Assembly: GCA_038087875.1 (NCBI GenBank) | Contig: CM075988.1 | Location: 24,864,001-24,928,000, forward strand | Reading direction: 5' to 3' | DNA: 64,000 nucleotides | From: Malacoraja senta | Taxonomy: Eukaryota | Shown: positions 1-12,350 of the stretch, in pieces | How positions within the stretch are numbered: position 1 is the stretch's first letter | Layout of the letters: each line of letters opens with the position of its first letter | Program-made: the position numbers and the translations under genes | Notes under the pieces: model-generated | Told to the model about the DNA's origin: nothing | Database searches by the model: none | What the model saw: only the letters and a program-made list of their open reading frames with translations

Positions 1-863
1 ACAACGTTGAAGAGCATTCCATGTTGTGTTCCTGTTGCACGCTGTGGTCAAAGTTCAGTCAACATTGACTGCTGAGAAAGAGTGATTTCCTCCTCCCCTC
101 AAAGTCCATTGAGCACCCCATTTGAAATGTGTTGGCATTGACGTAGAAGTGAGTTTGGTTCTGGTGCACCCACCACCTCTATTCTTGCTGACCCATATTG
201 GCACCCGATTAAACCATGTTTCCATTTTAACATTTTTATTATTGTTTTTTAATCCCCCCCCCCCCATGGACATATCCTTTCCTAAACCAGTACCTCCTCT
301 GGTCCTATAGTTCTCCTTGGATATCTGCATTCCTTCAATTCTTCTGTCCACTATGCCGTCATTTGCTAAGGTCCTAGGCACTGCGATTTTCTATTTTAAG
401 ATAGTAATTCAAACCTTTGTCAAAGCTTTTGCCGATTTGCTGTAATATCTTTGTATGAGGCCTTGTTTTATCATTTTATTTCTAGGATATTTTACTACAT
501 TAAGGTCGCATATAATTTGTTGTTAACATGGAACTGGAGTGAGGGAGCTGTAGATTGACGGGAAATCTTCTATTTTAAGCTATTGTAGAAATGGAGTTAT
601 TATTTTCAAATGTTATCTTGCCATTAAAGAGATGAGATTAATAATAATTGAGGTTGTTCTGGTGGATATTAATACGCTGGAAGCAAACCGCTACAAACAT
701 AGATTGCTATATTTCCTGAAAAATGCTAAATCAACGTTATTATTGTGGAGTTGTATTTTTCAGTTTTTTATTTATTGGTTAGTTTGGGCCTATGTTTTCA
801 GTTCTTCACTGTTAAGCAAATGAGTGTATTTCTGAACAGGTCAAAATTTCAACAGACCAAAAG

Positions 864-1312
864 TTCAGTTCAGTTTATTGTCACGTCTACCAACGTACAG
901 TGAAAAGATTTTGTTGCGTGCTAACCAGTGAGTGGAAAGACAATACATGATTACAATCGAGCCATTTACAGTGTATAGATACATGATAAGGGAATAATGA
1001 TTAGTGCAAGGTAAAGCCAGCTAAGGATAGTCCGAGGGTCACCAATGAGCTAGATAGTAATTTAGCACTGCTCTCAGGTTGTGGTAGGATGATTCAGTTG
1101 CCTGATAACGGCTGGGAATATACTGTCCCTGAATCTGGAAGTGTGCGTTTTCACACTTCTATTCCTTTTGCCTGATGAGAGAGGGGAGTGGAGGGAGTGG
1201 CCAGGATGAGACTCGTCCTTTATTATGGCAATGGCCTTGCTGAGGTAACGTGAGGTATAAATGGAGTGAATAGAAGGGAGGTTAGTTTGTGTGATGGTCT
1301 GCGCTGAGTCTA
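864..1312 (-). mobile_element. Rex1/Babar-type LINE 3' fragment
   Basis: Minus ORF ...IIKDESHPGHSLHSPLSSGKRNRSVKTHTSRFRDSIFPAVIRQLN is the typical Rex1 C-terminus; (ctgaa)n tail at 864; near-identical copies at 27665 and 40879. Confidence 0.8.
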
Positions 1313-1523
1313 CAAGACACAAAGTGATGGAGTAACTCAGCAGGTCAGGCAGCATCCTTGGAGAACATGCAACAGGTTCTGACCAGAAACGTCAGTCTGA
1401 AGAAGGGTTCCAACCTGAAGTGTCACCTATCACTGTTCTCCACAGATGTTGCCTGACCCGCTGAGTTACTCCAGCACTTTGTGTCCTTTTTTGCAAATCA
1501 GCATCTGCAGTTCCTTGTTTCGA
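1313..1523. mobile_element. Penelope-like (PLE) terminal repeat, inverted pair
   Basis: Minus copy (ggagtaactcagcaggtcaggcagcatc) followed by plus copy (ctgaagaaggg...gctgagttactccagcac...cagcatctgcag). Confidence 0.75.
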
Positions 1524-2036
1524 CAAAAATGCGAGGCATTTTTTGAGCATGACTAAGTTGTTACCTATTGCAATTATGGATTAGTTCGGCCTTTATATTT
1601 TTCATGTTATTGTGGATTCCTTTTGTATTTCATCTCATTCCAGTCTACACATTTGCTCTTCACCATCACACAACTGACCAGCGCATTCCACAAATAAATA
1701 ACTGTAAAATTATTTTTTAAAACGCCACATGCGGCCGCTTAAAACAAATGAATGGAAATATAAAATTCTGACTGGTTGATATTTATTGTTTGCACGGAGT
1801 CATATCATTGGAAATAAATGAAAGTATTCCCCAGCAAGGCCTTAGGGGCCTTTGCAGTTAGCAGGAAAAATAACACTGGAGCAATCAGCGTGCCGAGCGT
1901 TTTGCTTCCAGTATATTAATCAATACCAGAGCAATCACAATTGTTATTAAAAATAAAGAATAGTTCTACTTCCAGTCCTGGAAAATCTTTTTCCTAGTTC
2001 CAACAAAGGATCTTCAACCTGACTCATAAATCTGTT

Positions 2037-2330
2037 ACTAAATGCTGGGGTAACTCAGCGGGTCGAATAGGAATAGGTGACGTTTCGGTTCGAGACCCTT
2101 CTTCAGACTGAGAGTCAGGGGAAAGGGAAACAAGAGATATAGATGGTGATATAGAGAGGTGTAGAATAAATTAATGAAAGATATGCAAAAAAGTAACGAT
2201 GATAAAGGAAACAGGCCTTTGTTAGCTGTGGCCTAGGTGAAAACGAGTTACGGACAATGAGACTCAACAAGACGAGTTTGAAGCTTGAACAACAACTTGG
2301 GTCGGGGAGGGACGGAGAGAGAGGGGTTGT
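2037..2330 (-). mobile_element. PLE 3' region with hammerhead-like core
   Basis: gacgtttcggttcgagacccttcttcag is the reverse complement of CUGAAGA..GAAACGUC; shares upstream sequence with copies at 16131 and 57423. Confidence 0.75.
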
Positions 2331-2934
2331 TGTTGCTCCATTTTTTCCCCTATCTTGTTTTGGGTAAGGATCATGGAGGAAGACAAGCATGATCCAACAA
2401 CTATTTCTGTACTTGTTAGCACGTGGCAATGAAGGTCAGCAACCACAGGTGAATTTTATGACGTTGGTAGCAGAATGTTGCATTACCTGACACACGAAGG
2501 ATCATAGGACTGAGGCAGACCACGGAGAAAGAAAGCAGTCACCTCATGCAGCGATTTTAAAATGAGGTCAAAATAGTTTAAAATTGTCTTCAACTTCTCT
2601 CAATCTGTATCTACCTATATCCCAAATATTACCTAATTCTTAAAGAGCTGGAATAAATTTCAAGAATAACGCAGAAATATGTTTCCGGAAAGCAAAAAAA
2701 ATAAAAAATGCAGCTGTATGTATGGATTATGGCCAAAAAGTGGCTAATATCAATACTTGAATGTTGAATTCCTATTTTTCAAAAAAGGAGTTTGATATTT
2801 ACCTCATCTTAAATAACAGGAACTGGAGATTTAGACCCCTGTGTAGCAGGTCTTTCAAATGCACTTGCCTGGAAACTAGTGAAGACAATGCTGGGAAGCT
2901 GAGTTAGAGCACTACAAAACACCCATTGCTATTT

Positions 2935-3032
2935 GGGTGTTTGAAGAAGAGTTTCGGCCCGAAACGTTGCCTATTTCCTTCGCTCCATAGATGCTGCTGC
3001 ACCCGCTGAGTTTCTCCAGCATTTTTGTGTAC
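2935..3032 (+). mobile_element. Short PLE insertion (subfamily B) with 15-bp TSD
   Basis: TSD cacccattgctattt at 2920-2934 and 3033-3047. Confidence 0.8.
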
Positions 3033-3054
3033 CACCCATTGCTATTTTACAGTT

Positions 3055-3313
3055 TTACGTTTGAATGGAGACGAGGAGGGATTTCTTTAGCCAGAGGGTA
3101 GTGAATCTGTGCAATTCTTACAGGGCTGTGGAGGCCAAGACATTGGGTATGTTTAAAGCGGGGATTGATAAGATCTTGATTAGGAAGGGCATCAAAGGTT
3201 ACGGGGAGACGGCAGGAGTATGGGACTGACAGGGAAAAATAGATCAGCCCTGATTGAATGGCATTTGACTCAGATGGCAGAATGGCGTAACTCTGCTGCT
3301 ATGTCTTATGGTC
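3055..3313 (+). mobile_element. CR1/HER1-type LINE 3' end
   Basis: gagggtagtgaatctgtgcaattc...gtggaggcc...gattgaatggc...atgtcttatggtct, typical elasmobranch CR1 tail. Confidence 0.7.
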
Positions 3314-3443
3314 TTTGATACACAATGCAAGATTCTCTCCAAGTCCTTACACCTAATGCCACTCCATTCTTTTTCCAATCATGTTTTGGGTTAGGATCAT
3401 GGAGGAAGACAAACATGATGCAACAGCCATTGAATAACGTTGA

Positions 3444-3803
3444 CAGGGGAAAGGGAAACAAGAGATCTAGACGGTGATATAGAGAGATATAGAACAAATT
3501 CATGAAAGATGTGCATGTAATGATGATAAAGGGAACGGGCCATTGTTAGCTGAGGCCAAGGTGAAAATGATTTACAGACAGAGACTCAAGATAATTTTGG
3601 AGCTCGGACAACAACTTGGATGGGAGAGGGACGGAGAGAGAGGGGTTGTTGTTGCTCCATATTTTTCCATGTCATGTTTTGGGTAAGGATCATGGAAGAA
3701 GCCAAACATGATCCAACAACTACTTCTGTACTTGTTAGCATGTGGCAATGTAACTTTGTGTCTATCTTCAGTTTAAACCAGCATCTGCAGTTCCTTCCGA
3801 CAC
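3444..3803. mobile_element. PLE fragment, duplicated block and inverted PLE tail
   Basis: 3444-3750 is a diverged direct repeat of 2116-2431; 3751-3803 is a plus-strand PLE tail. Confidence 0.7.
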
Positions 3804-3977
3804 ACAAATCTGTTTCTCATTCCTCAGTTGCCATCTGACCCACTGAGTGTTTCCAGCCACCTCATATTTTATTTCCGATTTCCAGCACCTACACTTTTTT
3901 GTTAGATATCAATCATTATTAGCCTCCTCTTTATGGTTTAAACTAAAGATATCTATTTCACCCCCAATCGTCCCTTA

Positions 3978-4346
3978 TGGGCCTGTCCCACTTACACAAC
4001 TTTTTCGGCGACTGCCGGCACCCGTCATAGGTTGTTGTAGGTCGCCGAAAATTTTCAACATGTTGAAAATCCAGCGGTGACCAGAAAGACGCTACGACTC
4101 TTTGGGCGACTGAGGAGATTACTCACGACCATACAGGCGACACCCTGTCGCGGGGTGAAGCCTGTAGACACCTTGGCGACATGCGACCTGGGTGAAGCCT
4201 GTATGGCCGTGAGTTGTCACCCAAAGAGTCGTACCTTGTTCTGGTCGCCGCTGGATTTTCAACATGTTGAAAATTTTCAGCGACCTGCTGCGATTATGAC
4301 GGGTGCCGACAGTCGCCGAAATAGTCGCGTAAGTGGGACAGGCCCA
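3978..4346. mobile_element. PIF/Harbinger non-autonomous foldback MITE
   Basis: TIR tgggcctgtcccacttac/gtaagtgggacaggccca; TTA TSD at 3975-3977 and 4347-4349; nearly whole element is palindromic. Confidence 0.9.
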
Positions 4347-5199
4347 TTAGTATTCCTGCAATCACAGATTCTCACAAACGCACTGATCAAGTTATCTTCA
4401 ACAGTCAAATCAATGGTTGGGCCCTCATGCTGAAGTATCAGGTCCAATTCACACTACCCATTCCATTCCCAGCTCCATAACATCATTCTTAAGTTGAGGG
4501 AGGATGCAAGGGTCTTTGAGAAGAGGTCAAAGACATTTATCGGAATGATAACAGGGAATTTGAGAAAACCAGTTACATGGAAGAACTAGAGGAGTTTCAT
4601 CTTTAGAATAGAGAATGTTAAGTGGAAAAAATTAAGGAGATGCTCAATAATAAACAGGGTTTAGAATAGAACGGTGGGGATCTGTGTTACGCTGACAGTA
4701 CACCTTGGAACAATGACATAGCTGGCAAAATAGCAATGCAAATGTTTAAATCAGCCACCAGTTATGATCTGCCTCTCACAGCGTGAATGGTGATGAATGC
4801 AGATTAAATAATAACTTTGAAACAAGAGATATTGATCAATATTTGAAAAGAATAACTTTTCAGGGACAGGGAAAGAGCAAAGGAGGAGGTCTAATTAATA
4901 ACTTTAATTATTTATTCTCCAGAGATGCTGCCTGACCCGCTGAGTTACTCCAGCACTTTATGTCTATCTCCATTAAAATAAGCTTGTTTATTTATTTTTT
5001 CTTCCCTATGTCAATGTGGAGAGGTGGGGAAATTAGGTGAGAAGAGTTAATGGGGCCTTCAATGTATGGGAAACTGAATTAGGGTAATTAACACACCAGG
5101 TAATTGGCTCCCTTGATTTGTGCTGAATGGTACATTAACTTCAGGCAAATGCATAGTTAAGATAAAAACTCAAAAGTTGTGTTTCTGCATGACACAACT

Positions 5200-5480
5200 C
5201 TTCTGTTAATGTAATGAAAGCAAAGCCTTGCTGCCGACTTACCATCAATAGGCAATGAATGATGTGACTTTGCACTATTTGATCAGTGAATGCAAATTAA
5301 GCTTGCTAAGAAAAACTAAATTTGATCATTTCAAGTCTAAGGGGCCATTTAATGATGTGTTAAGTGTCAATTACTGTAAATCAATCTTCCCTTGTGCTGA
5401 GATGATCGATTATGATTGAAGTCTCATTTGCTCAAGTGCTAATTATTGTTGGGGATTTCAAAGTATAAATTAATCTTTTC
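5200..5480. promoter_or_regulatory. CNE-like / enhancer-like block
   Basis: Repeat-free AT-rich block with octamer ATGCAAAT (5290), Pbx/Hox-like GTAAATCA (5376) and many TAAT/TGAT cores; conservation not testable here. Confidence 0.35.
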
Positions 5481-5589
5481 ATTTGCCATGTTGTCCCTCC
5501 TCTTACTCGCTCACATTGGGCCATTAAATCCAAATGTCCGTCTTCTCTCTTAATTTCTTCCTCTGCGCTCGACTTGGTTGAAGTCCAAA

Positions 5590-6118
5590 ATGAAAACATA
5601 GAATGCTAAAGGTGTCTGGCAGGTCAGGCAGCATCAGTAGGGAGAGAAACAGTGTCAATGTCTTAGGTCAAGGATCCTTCATCAAATGTGAGAGGACTAG
5701 CTTGTGTAGTTGCAGAGAAGGGCAAGGTTGGGAGAATGGATGGAATGTCTATAACAGGGTGCAGACCAACAAAGGCAAGGTACCAATTACTTTAAAAAGC
5801 AGGATGGTGGTTGAAACAGAATGACTCAAACAATTTAAAACCAAACTAATTGAAACACATCCATGAGAAAGGACTGTGTGTGGTGGTTGTGGAGGCGGCA
5901 GATTGAATTTACCAGAAATAATTACACTCAATATTAAGATCCCTAGCATTGCAATCAGTTTGAAGATGAGATGCTCCTCTTTGAACCTACACTGGGAATT
6001 ATTGGAGCAATATGGGGGACTCAACACAGGTCAGTGTGGGGGTGGGACAGAAAATTAGTGACATGTGTCTGGAATCTCAGGGTCACCCCTGAGGTCTGAC
6101 TGGAAATGTTCTGCAAAA
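5590..6118 (-). mobile_element. Old PLE remnant including GIY-YIG C-terminus
   Basis: Minus ORF ...QCRFKEEHLIFKL resembles RKLEEQHLIFRLG; degenerate terminal repeat at 5590-5685. Confidence 0.65.
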
Positions 6119-6292
6119 TACGTTCTCCCCGTGACCTGCGTGGGTTTTTCTCTGAGATCTTCGGTTCCCTCCCACACTACAAATACCTACGTGTCTGTAG
6201 GTTAATTGGCTTGGTATAAATGTAAAATTGTCCCTGGTGTGTTATTGTGCGGGGATCGCTGGTCGGTGCGGACTCTTTGGGCCAAGGGACCT
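6119..6292 (+). mobile_element. HE1/V-SINE fragment
   Basis: V-domain tacgttctccccgtgacctgcgtgggtttt...gtaggttaattggcttgg; matches full copy at 35791. Confidence 0.8.
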
Positions 6293-6312
6293 AAATGCAG
6301 GTTGATCTTTTT

Positions 6313-9073
6313 ATTTTATTTTTTAATTTTATTTATTAGAAGTACATTACATTACAACAAATTACATTAGTACTCATCACGTATATCTTATTACAATTAA
6401 TGTACTCCATCATTTTTAAAAACTAATAAAGAGAGAAGGTTGAAATTAAGAAAGAAGAGAAAGTGAGGGAAAATAGTGAAAGTGTAAAAACGTGTCAACA
6501 GGAAAGAACAGAGACCCTGTAGAAAAGAGATTGGAAAGAAAAGATTAAGAGATAGACCTTAAAGAAGGAAAAAAAAAAAAAAAAAAGAGAAAAGAGAAGC
6601 ACAAGTACTTTATTATGAGCATCTCGCAAATGGGGTATACCATCTTTCATCCCCCTTTACATGACATCGGTACTTTTTAAAGTACTTTTGCACCTTATGT
6701 TTGTAATAGTTCTATAAATGCAGACCACGTCAGGTGGAAGTGATCTGATTTACCTGCCAGGAGGAGTCTTATCTCTTCTAAGTGTAATGTTTCAAACATA
6801 TTTGAAATCCACATGTTTATAGTTGGTATTGGGGCGTTTTTCCAGAATTTTAGGATAAGCTTTTTTCCAGTTATTAACCCGTAATCAACTAATTTCTTTT
6901 GAAACATATTTAGTTCAGGGCTATCTTCCGTTGTTCCGAAGATAATCCATTCTGCTTTCGGTGTCACTTTTATTTTAAATAATATTGTAAAGATTTCAAA
7001 AATTTCAATCCAAAGTTTTTGGATTTTTGTACAAAAAACAAATGAGTGCGCTATAGTAGCTTCTTGAGATTGACATTTATCGCAAATAGATGATACATTA
7101 GGGAACATTTTATTAATTTTAGTTTTTGAATAATATAATCTGTGTAAAATTTTGAATTGTATTAAAGTGTGTCTTACATTAATCGAGCATTTACGCACGT
7201 TTAATAAATATTCATTCCACCTTTCCTTTGAAATTTTAATAGCTAATTCTTGTTCCCAGTCTCTTCTAATACCTTCCGTAGATGGTATTTCTACATTTAA
7301 GATAATATTATACAAATATGATATTAAGTTTGCTGATTCAGCTTTTATCTGCATTGCTTCGTCCAGTACATCTGCTGGGATATTATAATGATCTTTTGTA
7401 TATTTTTTCAAATAGTCACATATTTGAAAATATTTAAAATATTCATTATTTCCCAGTTTATATTTTATTTGTAATTGTTGGAATGATAGTAATTTTCCAG
7501 TTTCATACGTCTCCGAATGTTTTAATTCCTAGTCTATCCCATTGTATAAATGATCTGTCTGTAATAGAGGGATTAAATGAAGGGTTATTAACTATTGGAG
7601 ATAAAAGCGATAGATTTCTTAATTTTAAATTTTGTTTTATTTGTTTCCAAGTTCTGATTGTACTATGTATAATTGGGTTTTTGTTATAATTTATGTTATT
7701 CAGTTTCATTGGTGAGAGGAGGATCGCTCCAATATTACAAGAGGAGCAATCCTCTCTCTCCATTACAATCCAGTCCGCTTGCTGGGCAGAGTTGTCCATC
7801 AGTTGAATCATATTTTTAATATTTACTGACCAATAATAATACATAAAGTTAGGGAGTGCTAAGCCCCCTAATACTTTAGCTTTGTTCAAGTGTGTTCTTT
7901 GTATTCTATGGGATTTATAATCCCATATAAAATTAGTAATGTCTGAATCCAATTAAAAAAAAAACTTCTTTGGTAGATATATAGGAATTGATTGAAATAG
8001 GTATAGAATTTGTGGTAAAAAGATAATTTTTATTGCATTTATTTGACCTATTAAAGACATCGGAAGCGTTTTCCAAAATTTAATTAATGTATTTAATTTA
8101 TTAAGTAGAGGATTATAATTTGCTTTGAACATGCCTTGATATGTTCTGGTGATTTCAATACCCAAGTATTTAAATTTTTCTGTAGCTATTTTAAAAGGGA
8201 ATTTTAAGAGGTGTGTTGAGTCTTTCGGTTTTATTGACATAATTTCACTTTTATTCCAATTTATTCTGTATCCAGAAAAGGATCCAAAGTCCTCAATTAG
8301 ATTTAGTATGTTTGGTATAGTAATTTGAGGTTTTGTGATGTACAATAATATATCATCCGCATATAACGATATTTTATTATTTGAATATTTAGTGTTATAG
8401 CCATGGATATCTGGATGTGTTCTAATTTTTTCTGCCAAAGGTTCAATTATAAGAGCAAATAACTGTGGTGATAATGAGCATCCTTGTCTATTACCTCTTG
8501 ATAGTTGGAATTTCGAAGATAGTATGTTATTAGTTAATATTCTAGCTGTGGGCTTATTATATAATAATTTAATCCATAAAATAAAATTCTCTTCCAATTG
8601 GAATTTTGTAATACTTTATCCATATAATTCCATTCTACTTGATCAAAAGGAATTAGAAGACACAATAAATTCATTAAAGAATGGAAAAACTCCAGGTCCT
8701 GACGGATTTACTAATGAATTTTATAAAAGTTTTTATGACAAAATTATACCACGGTTACAAAAAATGTATCAATATGCCTTTAAAGAACAAATATTACCTG
8801 ATACATTAGCTGAATCAACAATCACACTAATACTCAAAAAATACAAAGATATAGAAGAACCGGGTTCATATAGAGCTATAGCATTGTTAAATACAGATAA
8901 AAAAATATTAGCGAAAACATTAGCTAGAAGATTAAGTAAATATATTAGTAAATTAATAAACCCAGATCAGACGGGGTTTATCCCTAAGAGATATTCATCT
9001 AATAATATGAGCCGACTACTCAATATAATGCACTCACATAAAATTGAAGAACAAGAATTATCAATTATTTCGT
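6313..9073 (-). mobile_element. L1 LINE, 5'-truncated with 5' inversion (ORF2 RT and CCHC, frameshifted)
   Basis: Minus: RQGCSLSP, YADD (8352-8363), FKYLGI, GGLALP, CxxC-H-C; plus 8645-9072: PGPDGFTNEFYK..SYRAIALLN..DQTGF; A-rich tail at 6313-6340; TSD aggttg(a/c)tcttttt at 6299-6312 and 9074-9087. Confidence 0.95.
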
Positions 9074-9096
9074 AGGTTGCTCTTTTTCAAGTCAGA

Positions 9097-9177
9097 GTTT
9101 AGTTTAGTTTAGAGATACAGCATGGAAACAGGCCCTTTGGCCCACCTACCGCAATACTACCCCGCTGCGCCACCGTG
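9097..9177 (-). mobile_element. Internally deleted HE1/V-SINE
   Basis: (ctaaa)n tail plus gggcctgtttccatgctgtatctc joined directly to tRNA-like head cacggtggcgcagcgg. Confidence 0.7.
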
Positions 9178-9415
9178 TATTGTGAAGGGTGCGAATCTTC
9201 AGCGCTCTCTCAAGTTAAGATATATTTTTGCATAAGACTTAATTTTAAGATTCTAATCCAAAATGTGAATTGCAAAATTGCAGTTGTTTGATAAATGTTC
9301 ATATTACGCACCAATTGTGACCCTTCAAAATACATCAAGGTGTATGGCAGGCAACAGGAATATGGTATGGACATGGGTGAGCAGCCATGATTGCAGAGCA
9401 GGATCAGTGGATCAG

Positions 9416-9954
9416 TGCAACATCAACCGACTCCAACTGGTCCAGAATGCAGCCGCCCGACTCATCACCCACACCAAATCTTGGCACCACATCACCCCAG
9501 TTCTCAAAGAACTTCACTGGCTTCCCATTTCCCACCGGATCATCTACAAAATCCTGGTCCTCACCTACAAAGCCCTCAACCACTTGGCCCCCCCTTATCT
9601 CACTGACCTCCTCTCCCCCTACCAACCCTCACGGTCCCCCAGATCCACATCAGCCGGTCTCCTCTCCATTCCGAAATCCAACCTCTGCACTTTTGGAAAC
9701 AGAGCCTTCTCCAGGGCAGCTCCCAGGCTCTGGAATTCCCTCCCACAATTGATTCGAAATTCTGAGTCCCTCACCATCCTCCAGTCCCGCCTCAAGACCC
9801 ATCTCTTCACCTCTGCATACCCTTAGTCCCATGTCCCCCTCCCCTTTACATCTCTGTCTTACTGCTCTATTTTGTTTTGTTCTTGACTCTCCATGTAAAG
9901 CGACTTTTGAGTCCTTGAAAAGCGCTATACAAATAAAATGTATTATTATTATTA
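9416..9954 (+). mobile_element. L2-clade LINE 3' fragment
   Basis: RLQLVQNAAARLIT..HITPVLKELHWLP..GNRAFSRAAPRLWNSLP..LKTHLF; aataaa and (tat)n tail. Confidence 0.9.
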
Positions 9955-9958
9955 TCTA

Positions 9959-10253
9959 TACAATACAACTCACCCCCTCCATGACACACTGGTCAACTTG
10001 AGGAGCACCTTCAGCAACAGACTGGTTCCACCAAGATGCAGCACAGAACGCCACAGGAGATCCTTCTTCCCTGTGGCTATCAAACTTCCCCATCTGTGGT
10101 GGGGTAGACTGACTCCCCCAACCCCCACCCCCTCCCCAATCTTTGCACATCCCCAATCCTTTTCACTCGTCCCTTTAATTAATGTTTCATGTATCTAGTT
10201 GTTTTTCATGACTGTTGGCAGACCAATTTCCCTCCTGGGATAAATAAAGTTCT
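9959..10253 (+). mobile_element. Rex1/Babar LINE 3' fragment
   Basis: THPLHDTL..RLVPPRCSTERHRRSFFPVAIKL; 3' end aatttccctcctgggataaataaagt. Confidence 0.8.
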
Positions 10254-10361
10254 ATGTATCTACTCGTGCACCAACTTTCTCTGTTTCTACAACTTAGTGA
10301 AACAAAGAGAAAACCTCACTATGCCTTGGCTAAAAATAATTTTAAAAGATTGTTTGTGTAT

Positions 10362-10528
10362 CTTCAAGAGAGAGCTAGATAGGGCTCTTAAAGATAGCGG
10401 GAGTCAGGGGATATGGGGAGAAGGCAGGAACGGGGTACTGATTGGGGATGATCAGCCATGATCACATTGAATGGCGGTGCTGGCTCGAAGGGCCGAATGG
10501 CCTACTCCTGCACCTATTATCTATTGTC
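10362..10528 (+). mobile_element. CR1/HER1 LINE 3' end (young family)
   Basis: Nearly identical to 17904-18071 and 28595-28759; (ctattgt)n tail. Confidence 0.85.
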
Positions 10529-10629
10529 TTTTGTAGGGGAGATTGTCGTAGACCTCTGCAAATTCAACTACACCCTTTCAATGTGTGTTGGCACATGTAC
10601 CTCTTATGAGGAGGCAGTTCAGAGGCGCA

Positions 10630-11055
10630 CTGATAGAGATAGATAAAATTGTAAAAGGCAGAGATAGAATGTTTTTCTCATGCTGGGAGCATCAAAAACA
10701 GAAGGGCACAGGTTTAAGGTGAGAGAAAGTAGTTTGAAAAGAAGGTAGACAAAAATGCTGGAGAAACTCAGCGGGTAAGGCAGCATCTATGGAGCGAAGG
10801 AAATAGGCAATGTTTCGGACCCTTCTTCAGACTCCAGCATTAATAGTTTGAAAAGAACGTTTTTTCAGAGCGGCAGATATCTGGAACTCGCTGCCAGAGG
10901 AGGTGGTGAAGTCCGATACAATCAATAAGCTTGAGAGAGATTTCGACAAGGCATAGAAGGAGTCTGACCTAATGCAGACAAATGGGATTAATGTAGATAG
11001 ACAAAAAGATCGGCATGCATGTGGTGGGTCAAAGGGCCCATTTCTACGCTGTGCA
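10630..11055 (+). mobile_element. Older CR1 3' fragment interrupted by a PLE
   Basis: gggcacaggtttaaggtgaga...tggaactcgctgccagaggaggtggtg; PLE at 10744-10843 with TSD tagtttgaaaagaa (10730-10743, 10844-10857). Confidence 0.7.
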
Positions 11056-11789
11056 CACCACAACATGATGCGTTCATTGGAGTGAAATTCAGAGTCCGAT
11101 TCAACGCACGAACAGTGAGTTTCGTGCCACTAGCCAGGGCGAGATGTCTAAGAAGTAGAAAAATAAAGATTGGAAGCTTGATTGAAGAGAAAATTCACTA
11201 ATCAGAGCAGTCGTTTTATTGTATTCTAGTACAGATTTAGTCAATTTGTTCCCATATTTGCCACAGTTGTCCTTCCTTTAATTACACTTTTCAAAAAAAA
11301 CTATTCATTTGAGTTCATCTGCAGGAAATACTGATGACTGCATCCTTTGTGGTCAATTTCAAGTCAGCTCCTGACCTGAAAGTGACCGGGCTGCATCAAA
11401 AATTGCCAGCAGTGAGACTGATTATGTGCTGTTACCCAACTTGAATTTCTCCATTTCATCAACCTGTCAGTCAGGTTCCTTCAATGGGCTCACTCCTGAT
11501 CGAGCTAAATGCTTCATATACTGGAAATGATTTAGTTGGCAACCAAGATTTTATTACAGAAAGCGTTTCACAGTGGCGCTATTTGTCAATATATTGCATT
11601 ACCATGACATCCCTACTTCAGACTGAATATTTCTTCAGCAAAATGGTCTCATTTATTAAATTTACTGCTATAATATGCTTATGTTTTCTTCCTCTCCAGT
11701 TCTTTTCACACGATGCCTGCTATCCATATTTTTATCAAATTTCTATCCCATCTATTCTGACCATTAAAGGACGACTTGCTCTTCAATAG

Positions 11790-12350
11790 TACCTTTCACG
11801 ACCTTGATACAAGTCAGAGTGCTTCATACCTATTGAAGAAGATTAAAAAGGACACAAAGTGCTGGAGTTATTCAGCCGGTCAGGCAGCAACTCTGGAGAG
11901 CATGGATAGGTGACGTTTCGGGTTGAGACAAGAAGGGTCAACTCTTTGTGTCCTTTTGTTCATTAACCGGTACCTGCAGTTCTTTGTTTCTGGAAGGGGA
12001 TTTAAGATACAGTCAGTGCTATAATATAACAAATATTTGTCACAGACCAGTAGCCGGATAAAGACCAGATGTGACCAGATGTGACTTGGTTAAGGAATAA
12101 AATATTGCCATGAATTCAAGGACCCCCCCCCCCCCCCCCCCATCCCCGCACGTCCTCTGTTCTTCAAAATAGCACCATTGGATGCTTGAAAAGCAACTGA
12201 GATGGGCTTTGGTTTTTAATGTCTCATCCGAAAGGCAACACTACTGACACACAGTCAGTGCACCAATCAGGATTTTGTGCTCCACTTTCCGGAGTTGGAC
12301 TTGAACCCGCAACCTTCAAACTTCAAAACGAGAGTTTTCCCATTGACGTC
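11790..12350 (-). mobile_element. Deu-domain tRNA-derived SINE (SacSINE/AmnSINE-like), interrupted by PLE at ~11845-11992
   Basis: ttcttcaaaatagcaccattggat...aatgtctcatccgaaagg...ggacttgaacccgcaacc (B box on minus strand). Confidence 0.65.

Noticed and set aside
2264..3807. Two similar short ORFs (LHCH.LTSTE.VVGSCL..) suggesting a gene pair
   Set aside because: Consequence of the PLE-associated direct repeat; no coding signature
6695..9075. RT ORFs as an intact or domesticated gene or novel RT system
   Set aside because: Frameshifted, 5'-truncated L1 ORF2 within a TSD
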